Origin: Octopus sinensis
Taxonomy: Eukaryota
Direction: 5' to 3'
Assembly: GCF_006345805.1 (NCBI RefSeq)
Contig: NW_021833207.1
Span: forward strand, 1-29,014
DNA: 29,014 bases
Shown piece after piece: positions 19,812 to 29,014 of this stretch (position 1 is the stretch's first letter; each line of letters starts with the position of its first letter). A program made the position numbers and the translations under genes. Under the pieces are notes generated by a model, which made no database searches, had not been told where the DNA came from, and saw only the letters and a program-made list of their open reading frames with translations.

Positions 19812-20830
19812 CTAGCCCCCACTTTTCGCACAGTTTCCAATGTAGCACTTTCGCTACCTGGCCGTGTCGCCACAACTTGTAGTGGTTTTGGGAAAGTCTA
19901 AGGCAATGGTTTCATCCACTTTATTGCAGAAGCGGCACAGCAGAGACATTTGCTCATTCCTCAGATTGACCCTCCAGTTTGTGGCCAGAGCTTGGTCCTG
20001 CGCAACCAGTATAGTGCTCTCAATCTCTTTTTTTAGGTTTCCTTTCATCAGCCAATCCTTCTGTGGCTATATGGAATTGATTGTGTACTCCCTTCTTGCG
20101 TAATTCTTCTTCATGTCCTTTTTGTACTTCTTCCTTTGTTTTCCCCTTTTTTCTCTGCTCTCAGTACTCCCTCATTCCTAACTGTCATAAGCTAGGTTTC
20201 CTTACTTTGGACTAGGTATCCCATTAAACTCTCGAGTTCGATACGCATGCAATCTTCCACAATTATCAGTCCCTTTCCTCCATTTGCTCTCTTCATGTAT
20301 TGTCGATCAGTGTCTGCACGTGGATAATGAGCTCCATGCATCGTCAGGAGCTTTCTTGACTACCTGTCCATCTCCTTTAGCTCCTTCTCTGTCCTCTTCA
20401 GCATTCCAGCGTCAAACCGAACTACTGCGACTGCGCGTGAGTTTATCGCCGAAATTATGTTTCTTACATTCACCTTTCAAGCCAATATTTTTCTCACTCG
20501 CCGCAGGTAATCTCTTTTTTTGTCTTTTCCTTCATGACATGGTGTTTTATTCCATCTGCCTCAAGTATTCCCAGGCATTTATAGCTGGATTGAGGTTGAA
20601 TTGCCTTCATCATTTCACCACTTAGCAACCCTAAGCCTTCTGTCTTGGCAAGCTTTCCTCGTCTCATCACCATCGTAGCATATTTTAAGAGTCCGAAATC
20701 CATTTTAATATTATTGGAGAAAATCCGCACAGACTCGACTAGGCTGTCCAGTTCTGTTTCAGTTTGTGTGAATAGCTTCAGGTTGTCCACAAATAGCAAG
20801 TGACTTAGTTTTCCCTTACCTCTTCCCAGA
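19812..20830 (-). pseudogene. R4/Dong-type LINE remnant (RT motif region to zinc knuckle)
   Basis: LSHLLFVDNLKLF...SVRIFSNNIKMDFGLLK...YKCLGILEADGI; later ESTILVAQDQAL...CRFCNKVDETI; WRHGQVAKVLHWKLCEKWG. Frameshifted and deleted. Confidence 0.85.
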
Positions 20831-20835
20831 TTATT

Positions 20836-21060
20836 GTTATTATCATTCAGTAGTTTTATTTTTATAACGTGCTTTCACTTCACTACCGAGCGCAGCTCTG
20901 TGTGCCTTGGGTATGTGCTGTGATTTGTTGTGATGCTCTTATGGTTACTGTATTGAAAGTGTTCTGCGTAGGATGTGTGCAGTGCCTAGTAGTGCAATTT
21001 TCTGTATGTTATACGTGTTTGTAAGTCCTGGTGTTTTTGTTATGTATTTGTGTGAATATT
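20836..21060 (-). mobile_element. R4/Dong-type LINE 3' end (C-terminus, UTR, (AAT) tail), inserted in (AAT)n
   Basis: NIQKIALLGTAHILRRTLSIQ-stop, UTR ending aaaactactgaatgataataac; (TTA)n also at 21061-21078. Confidence 0.85.
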
Positions 21061-21224
21061 TTATTATTATTATTATTATATTTATCCTACATTATATCGG
21101 CACAGCTCGTTGCGACCCAAAAAAACTGGTATCGCCAGTTGATACCCTTAGGCTGTAGCCGGCATAATAAAATAGGAGCTTGTACAGGTATATCCAAATC
21201 GTTTCCCGAAAACGAACTTAAAGG

Positions 21225-21225
<1 letters not shown>

Positions 21226-21301
<76 letters not shown>

Positions 21302-21327
21302 TGTGTGTGTGTTAGTGTGTGTGTGTT
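21226..21327. repeat. (TG)n microsatellite
   Basis: Directly visible. Confidence 0.95.
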
Positions 21328-23354
21328 AAAGAGGCACAATATTCTATAATGTAAGAGGTAAGAGATTAAATATGGAACCTTGAGACGTCAGCAATATAAT
21401 GTTCCTTCGCTAAACATATGGCTCCTACTTTTGGTGATTATTAGCATATAGACTCCGTGTCTAGACGTTGACAAGATGCGTTTACATTTTGATAATAGAA
21501 CAATATAAATAGAACACCAACAGCAACTATAACAACAGTAACAACACTCCATCCCAATTCAGACCGATTTTGTTATTTACTTTTGTTTTTACCTTTTGAT
21601 ATCTGCAGACTTCTTGTCAAAAGCTCCTTGAGCACTTGGTGACCCAAACTATTATCAGAGTTACTGATAAACTGAGTTAGCCTTGCGGCAGAATTTGGGA
21701 GCAGTTTTATGTATTCAGTATACCAGTGGCTTCTTTTTGTACTTTAGTTGAATAATTTTCATTATTTGACTCACTGTGAGATATATTCCCCCTCCTAATA
21801 TTAGTGTAGTTGCCACTAGGAATTAGGTTAGTCTTCACCATTAACATTTTCTTTTGTGTTTTCATACTGTTTGTTATTGATAATGGAAGATACAATATTT
21901 ATGAAACAAAAAGAAAACGGGGAGAGAAACAACATACGTTACGGTATTATCGATCAGCTTCGACAAAATAAAAACGCCATCTTGATCTATGGCATTTAAT
22001 CAATTTCTTCCTTAACTTTTTTATTTTATTTTATTTAATGGTAAATGTTGTTTCTGCTCATAAAACAGAATATGTTTTTAGGATAATTCATGCGAAGTAA
22101 GTATTTAGGACCCAGACTCTGCTCGTAGCTACAGAGAAATTTTGGCAATAATTTCAAAACGTTGCGACAGTTATTGGTCATACGGAATGCTTACCATTAT
22201 TGTAATACGCGCTGCAATAAAATCAGTGTTTAATTAACTACGCATTCATAGACTATGGAGAGAATTCTGGTAATCTTGTACATCATTCTTATTTAGATGG
22301 TTATCACTGAATACTTGTGATCAGCTCCACACTGAACACATATTTCAACAACATTCACAACATGGCTACCTGTTACATGACAAATTAAAACGTATGTTGT
22401 TGCTTTGAAAACAGTCGTAGATGTTGAGGGCTAATAAATGAAAGAAATCAGGCGATTACAGTGAAGTTTTGTCACTTAGTTGAATGGTTCCTATATAAAG
22501 GTACCAAAGGAACCAGTTGAAAGGAAATAACGTTAATTTCTCTCACAGGTTCGTTGGTGACAAGTCGTTATTTAACTAAAGCTCTTGTCAAATAGACTTG
22601 TTTCAAAGGCGTTCCAGTTGAGATAATATGCACAACATTGTAGAATTTAATGTTATGTGCGATATGTGAATTTCTTCTCCCGGTTTATAAAAGAATGCTT
22701 ATGTTGGTAAAGATGCGCTTTAAAATAATATTCGGACAATGCAATGTAGAGGCACCTCCAGTGATTCGTTAGTAACATGGTTTTTATCGTCACCATACAT
22801 TTCAATGTTGTTGCTTTAAATTCTATATATTGTTACTATCATTTATTTTGAAACAAGCTTTTCTTCAGTTATGCTTTCAAATACTAGAATGTAAGACGCT
22901 TAAGCGCGCAACGAGGGTATCTTTTATTCTCGTATTAGATGCGATAAGATCATTCTTGGCACAACCTTACTACCTTAATTCCAGAGCTTTGACGGCTTTA
23001 AGCAGCTCATTATGTATTGTGTGGGTTCATTTGGTCTATCACCAGAGTCTTTCCAACTTTTGCCGCACTCCATGGAAATTTTTGTTGTAGCTATTATTAC
23101 TATTACTTTGTGTGTGTGTGTATTTTTTTGTATTTTTTGGTGGGGGACCACAGTATCCTAAGAATAATGGCATGCCAATATTTTGGTATACAATGATGAC
23201 CTAAACAGTGTTACAGAGATTTATGGAGATTGGGTTGTTATTGCAGATGTTCAGTCACAGGTCAACTTTGATCAGACAAATCTATGAACTAGAATATTCC
23301 AGCCACAATCAGCCCGTCATTTTGTAAATATGTAAGACTAGATTATCTAACAAT

Positions 23355-23585
23355 GGCGGTGAGAAGCTCGTCGATTAGAGTGTTGCACTCATGATTGTAA
23401 GATTGTGGTTTCGATTCCTGGACCGGGCGACGCGTTGTGTTCTTGAGCAAAAACACTTCATTTCACGTTGCTCCGCCAGTCCACTCAGCTGGACAAAATG
23501 AGTGTTCCTGTAACGGATCGGTATCCTGTCCGGGATGTAGGGCAGGATATTTACGCCACAGAATCCCAAGAAGCTGACGTTATAC
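23355..23585 (+). mobile_element. tRNA-derived SINE with a head related to family C and a different body
   Basis: gattgtggtttcgattcctggaccgggcg (B box shared with 18070-18095), then tgttcttgagcaaaaacacttcatttcacgttgctcc...ccactcagctgg. Confidence 0.7.
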
Positions 23586-23817
23586 CTCCATTCATCTTCC
23601 CACCACGGCCTCACACTCAACACGAGAGGCCTACATCAAGTGCTTGGAGGAGATAGTGCTGTCCTGGGTTAAGAGGGTGGCCGCTGGTAGACCCTAGTGA
23701 TGGTGGCGGCGGGGGCGGCGGCGGCGGCGGCAGCTGTGGTGGTGTCATTGGTGGTTGTGGTGGAGGTGGTGGTGCCGGTGGAGTTGGCGGTATCAGCAGC
23801 AGCACCAGCAGTTGTAA

Positions 23818-23893
23818 GTTCTTCTTCTTCTTCTTCTTCTTCTTCTTCTTCTTCTTCTTCTTCTTCTTCTTCTTCTTCTTCTTCTTCTTCTTC
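23818..23893. repeat. (TTC)n microsatellite preceded by a GC-rich (GGC/GGT) tract at 23698-23810
   Basis: Directly visible. Confidence 0.95.
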
Positions 23894-24049
23894 AAGACAG
23901 CGGTGGGAATTTGGGCTAAACGAATTCCCGCCTTTGTTCTTTTTTTTTTTTTGCGTTGAAATGATTTCTCGTACTTGAGAAATGGATCAATATCCTTTCT
24001 CACCCCCACCACCCGCTCACGTGTCTTGAGACTACTCTGAAAAGTACAA

Positions 24050-24220
24050 ACACCATCACCGACATGCCACCACCATCACCACCACCACCACTACTACCAA
24101 CACCACCACTACCAACACCACCACTACCACCACCACAACCACTACTATAATCACCACCCCCTTCGCCGGCGCCGCCACCACCACCACCACCACCAGCACC
24201 ACCACGACTACTACTACTAC

Positions 24221-24261
<41 letters not shown>

Positions 24262-24295
24262 TACCACCCACCACCACCACACCACCACCACCACC

Positions 24296-24329
<34 letters not shown>

Positions 24330-24470
24330 ATAATAATAATAATAATAATAATATAATAATAATAATACCACCCACCCCACCACCACCACCACACTACTTG
24401 ACTACGACTACTACTATAATAATAATAATAATATCTATAATAATAATAATAATAATAATAATGATGATGA

Positions 24471-24536
<66 letters not shown>

Positions 24537-24606
24537 TAATAATATAATAATACCACCCACCACCACCACCACCACCACCACTACTACTACTACTACTAAC
24601 TACTAC

Positions 24607-24642
<36 letters not shown>

Positions 24643-24671
24643 GAATAATAATACCACCCACCACCACCACC

Positions 24672-24745
<74 letters not shown>

Positions 24746-24772
24746 CACCCACCACCACCACCTCCACCACCT
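24050..24772. repeat. Compound (ACC)n(ACT)n(AAT)n array with higher-order units
   Basis: Marker taccacccacc begins blocks at 24262, 24366, 24551, 24652 and 24743. Confidence 0.85.
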
Positions 24773-25556
24773 TACATATATTAAAATCGATTCTAAGTTT
24801 GAAATCTGATCTAAGCTTTCCATGTTTTAATAGTGTATAGATAGAATATAATTAACCAATCGATATCGACTGAGTGTGTGCTCTCGTATTGATAATGTGT
24901 ATGCGTGTGTGTATACGCGCGCGTTCGTGTGTGTGTGTGTGTGTGTGGTGTGTGTGTGTGTGTGTGTGTGGTGGGGTATTTTTACCCGTTCAGTGTACCT
25001 AGTTGAATACATGATGCATAAGTATGTAGTGAATATACGGGTAGAGAGAGAGAGAGAGAGAGACGGTTGGACGGACGGACGGACGGATGGACTGACAGGC
25101 AGAGAAGAGAGAAAGCGCTACTGAAACAACGGAAAGCGTGCATGTTAGAGAGAGGGGTGGAGAGAGAGAGAGAGAGAAAGAGGGAGAGGGAGAGGGAGCG
25201 GCGGAGAGAGAGAGAGAGAGAGAGTGTGTGTGGGACGCCGCGCATATGCTACGTGCAGGGTTTGTAGGCGTGCATGACTATTTTTGAGACGTATTTAGCG
25301 CGCGTGTGCGCGTGTGTGTGTGCGTGTGTCTGCTGTAGTTTGTTTGTGGCATGTTGTGCGAACGCATGTACCTGTTGTGATGTAGAGTAGGCGTGTGCAC
25401 AGCATGTATGTCGCGCGCGACACAAATACTGCACGCGAGCGCACGTGCTTGTGCGTGTGTATGCGTGTGTGTGTGTGTGTGTGTGTGCCAACCGAGTGCA
25501 CGTGTCGCGTATAGGTATGTGCATGCGGCCTGTTTATACAGCACGTTATACAAACG

Positions 25557-25587
<31 letters not shown>

Positions 25588-25699
25588 GCACACATATATA
25601 TATACATATACAAATATATATATACATATATGTATATACATATACATATATATATATATATATACACACATAATAATATACATTAATATATATATACTT

Positions 25700-25865
25700 A
25701 TATACATACTAGAAAAGCACAAAAAAAACACAACAACGCGAGGACGTGGAACAAATAAAGTATTATTGGACGCTCAGGAAAGAAGGAAAGAAGGAGGGTT
25801 TAACGTTTCGAGCGGAGCTCTTCGTCGGAAACATAGGAGAAGGAAAGATCCAGAGAAGGGAAGAT
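25700..25865 (-). mobile_element. HHR-bearing pLTR-like repeat, family X
   Basis: Homologous to 10610-10812; contains the HHR at 25798-25832. Confidence 0.75.
25798..25832 (-). ncRNA. Minimal type I hammerhead ribozyme (U4C variant)
   Basis: gttt-CCGACGA-A-GAGC-tcc-GCTC-GAAAC-GTT-aaac; palindromic ACGT stem III; GUU triplet. Confidence 0.7.
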
Positions 25866-25980
25866 AGAATATATATATATATTATATATATATATATTAT
25901 ATAACGGGAAGCTTTATGGAAAATTAACAAAAGACGAAGGCAGGTGGAAAACAAACGAACAATTGTATTAGTATGGCGCT

Positions 25981-26019
<39 letters not shown>

Positions 26020-26056
26020 ATATTATATATATATTATAATAATATATATATATATA

Positions 26057-26291
26057 TCCGGAGTAAACACATAAATGTGAAACAAGGTGGAAAAAAAAGA
26101 GTACTCAAATACCAGTGGTAGAGTAATATGCTTTATTTTAAGCAGCAGAACATTCAACAAAATCTGTTACTCTGAGTTTTCTCGTTGCCGTTCATCAGAC
26201 GTTTTTGCTAGAAAAACTGTCTGATGACGGCAACGAGAAACTCAGAGTAACAGATTTTGTTGAATTTTCTGCTGCTTAAAATAAAGTATAT
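26057..26291. mobile_element. Penelope pLTR-like repeat folded into an ~80-bp-arm palindrome (26126-26206 / 26212-26291) with an HHR motif in each arm
   Basis: Plus-strand HHR 26217-26253: ctgt-CTGATGA-cg-gcaa-cg-a-GAAACTCAGAGTA-acag. Mirror motif on the minus strand at 26164-26201. Centre gctag. Confidence 0.75.
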
Positions 26292-26650
26292 ATATAATAT
26301 ATATAATATATATAATATATGATAATAAAAATATATGCAATTTTGTTTTGGTTCGTGGGAAGCAACTGCCTTTTCGAAGCCTTATATTGTCGATAACTGC
26401 TCGAAATGAGGAGTAGATAGACAGCCGATAACTGATGATGGGTCGTTTTTTTATGTTACTTGTCTTGTTTTCCATTTGTTTCTCTCGTTGTTCGTATACC
26501 AAAGTTTGTCTTCGTATCTCATGTGTGTTTTCGTTTTCATGTTGTTTAGTTCTGTAACGTCCTGTACCCATATATGCATATATATACACACACACACACA
26601 CAAAATATAATATATATAATATATATATATATATAATATAATATATATTA

Positions 26651-26702
<52 letters not shown>

Positions 26703-27296
26703 CATATTATATATATATATATATATATATCCAATACATATATATATAAGTATGTATGTACAATATGTGTGTATATATGCATATATATTTTTCTTTTATT
26801 TATATTATCATATGATTGAACGCCTTACATCCATTTCCAAGTAAGTTTATATGTACACATACACACATATGTGCATGTGTGCGCGCACCACAAGCATTTT
26901 GAGCGTGTAACAGTTGCAAATTTGTGTGTGTGTGTGTGTGCGCGCATGTGTGCATGTGTGTGTGCATTTGTGTGTGAGTGTGTGCGCGCGTGCGCGCGTG
27001 TTTGGTAAGGGTTATAAGCACCTTCACAGAAACACTCGGAAGAACTAAATATAGCACTTCTCGTAAGTGACGGTTGAATCTCTTGAGAACACTTCAAGGA
27101 CCGACAATGGGAAAACACACATACACACGTACGCCCACGCACACACACATTCACTGGTGCACGTGCACACACACACACACACACACAGGTCTCTTTCTTT
27201 TTATATTTCTGTCTGCCTGTCTCTTCCTCATCTCGCTTTCTCTACACACATACATATGTGTGTGTGTGTGTGTGTGTGTGTGTACGTACATACATA

Positions 27297-27450
27297 AAAA
27301 ACACAAGAAGAAAAAAAACAACGCGATGACGTGATACATGCAAAGTATTAAAAGACGCTCAGGGAAGGAAAGAAAGGATGTTTTACGTTTCGAATAAAGC
27401 CCTTCTTCAGAAACAGGAGATAGAGGAAAGTCCATAAGAAAAGAAAATCT
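27297..27450 (-). mobile_element. HHR-bearing pLTR-like repeat distantly related to family X
   Basis: aacaacgcgatgacgtg...aagtatta...gacgctcagggaagg... parallels family X; HHR at 27379-27415. Confidence 0.7.
27379..27415 (-). ncRNA. Minimal type I hammerhead ribozyme with complete catalytic core
   Basis: tgttt-CTGAAGA-A-GGG-cttta-TTC-GAAAC-GTA-aaaca; 5-bp stem I; ACGT palindromic stem III; GUA triplet; predicted cut between 27384 and 27383. Confidence 0.8.
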
Positions 27451-27493
27451 TAGTTACACACACACATACAGACATATATATATATACATATAT

Positions 27494-27695
27494 ATTCTTT
27501 TACTTGCTTCAGTCATTTGACTGCAGCCATGCTGGAGCACCGCCCCTAGTCGAACAAATCGACCCCAGGACTTATTCTTTGTAAGCCTAGTAGTTATTCT
27601 ACCGGTTCCTTGTTGCGAAACCGCCAAGTGACGGGGATGTAAACACACGAACGTCGGTTGTCAAGCGATGGTGGAGGGACAAATACAGACAAAAT
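27494..27695 (-). mobile_element. SINE family A 3' half
   Basis: ttcttttacttgcttcagtcatttgactgcagccatgctggagcaccgcc...caaatcgaccccaggacttattctttgtaagcctag. Confidence 0.85.
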
Positions 27696-27744
27696 AACAA
27701 ATATATGTGTGTGGTATTATATATTATATATATATTATATATAT

Positions 27745-29014
27745 ATCACTTTGATCACTTGACCGACCAGTCCGTCAGGCGTCCATTTGACACCGCTGGT
27801 ACAGCACGCTGTCCACTCCTCTCTGGATCGCGCCTCTCTCATCCACGTGATCCCAATCGTCCTATTGAAATCGTCACTCCACCGTCGTGAAGGTCTCCGG
27901 ATGGTCTTTTCCGCTCACGCGGGTACCACTCGACAACACGTGCGTCCACCGATTATCGGTGAGCTGGGCGACGTGTCCAGCCCATCTATACTTGCTGCTA
28001 GTATACTCTGCGATGACATTCTCACGACGGACTTCTTTGATGATGTGATGTTGCTTTTATGTGCTCTCTCAACGAGATACCAAGCATTGACCTTTCCATG
28101 GCTCTTTGAGCCGTTATCAGTCTTTGCTTTCTCTCTTGTGGTAGCCCATGTTTCACTACCATATAACATTGCAGGCAGAACTGCACTGTTAATGAGGTTG
28201 GCGCGGGTGGTCCTGTCAACTTATATTGAGCACATCCCTTATGCACTGAAACGCCTTCCATCCGGCCCTTACTCCCGTGAGATCTCCTTTTTGATATCCC
28301 GGCACAATATTTACTTCCGTCCAGGTAGACATATTCTCTCACCTCCTATATTTCATCAGGCCGATCGCCATTCGACCTGTTGGTACGTTTGTCTGACCCA
28401 TGAACTTTGTTTTCATGCGGTTCATCTTGAGACCTGAAGCTGATCCATGTTTTCAGCGATGAGTACGATGTTGTCAGCGAAACGGAGGTGAGTAAGGAGC
28501 TCGCATTGATGTTGTCACCACTTTGCCATTCGATGCCTCTGATGATCTGTTCGAGACATGCAGTGAAAAGTTTGGGGAGATTGTATATCCTTGCTTCACT
28601 CCTTCTCGACCGGCACTCGGATGGGTGATGACTGTAGAGCTATGTCGGTGGTGCATCCGGAATCTGCTTCTCTGAGCAGCTGCACATATTGCGCTTCGAT
28701 CCTTATCTCTGCAGCGAGTTCAGACCTGCGTTGGTTTCGACGCTATCGAAGGCTTTCTCATAATTATAAACGCAACGCAAAGAGCAGCTTGTACTCATTT
28801 GCTCGCTCAAGCAGTTGGCGTTAGAGCAATATATGGTCCATTGTGCTGTAGTTTTCCGGAAGCCTGCTTGCTCCCTCGGTTGTTGTTCGTCGAGACGATT
28901 CGTGACAACCTGTTCAGAATTATCTTCGTGAACAGCTTGTACACGTGAGACAGCAGGCATATGGGTCGGTAGTTTTTTAGATCTCTCTGTCGCCCTTCTT
29001 ATACAGCAGGATGG
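27745..29014 (-). pseudogene. RTE-clade LINE: RT domain through 3' end, frameshifted, running off the window
   Basis: KNYRPICLLSHVYKLF, NRLDEQQPREQAGFR, YEKAFDSVE, GVKQG, LLTHLRFADN, LYGSETWATT, AQRAMERSMLGISL; 3' tail gtcaagtgatcaaagtgata. Confidence 0.92.

Noticed and set aside
23617-24012. 131-aa poly-Lys/poly-Pro ORF (minus) and 93-aa poly-Ala/poly-Ser ORF (plus)
   Set aside because: Produced by (TTC)n and GGC/GGT tracts; no domain and no convincing splice context.
26355-26450. Further HHR (gctc-gaaa...ctgatga-tgggt) in a pLTR-like repeat
   Set aside because: Core fragments are present, but stems I and III cannot be closed in any topology; too degenerate to call.

Overview
Eukaryotic, AT-rich, repeat-saturated non-coding DNA. 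I could not support any intact host gene. The SINE families, the (AAT)n/(TA)n/(CA)n load and the LINE types match what I recall of octopus (coleoid cephalopod) genomes; this is an inference, not a database result. Contents: many tRNA-derived SINEs of at least four families (two with clean 12-14 bp TSDs), decayed R4/Dong-type and RTE-type non-LTR retrotransposons, two Penelope-like (GIY-YIG) coding remnants, one complete non-autonomous Helitron, and many microsatellites. Nearly all ORFs in the supplied track are microsatellite read-throughs or retroelement debris. The most striking hidden layer is RNA-catalytic: at least seven minimal type I hammerhead ribozyme (HHR) motifs from about five unrelated repeat families. 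They include a 351-bp-period HHR repeat inserted with a perfect 12-bp TSD into a Dong-type endonuclease gene (retrozyme-like, 5593-6075), a tRNA-promoter element carrying an HHR in head-to-head arrangement (18856-19807), and a palindrome of two opposed HHRs (26126-26291). Other oddities: a ~525-bp-arm inverted repeat whose near-identical part is unique flank rather than SINE body, a (TTAGGG)3 patch replacing part of a SINE, a perfect 48-bp-arm fold-back, and a SINE sharing its 3' tail with the RTE LINE in the same window. Coordinates were counted by hand, so element ends are approximate to a few bases.
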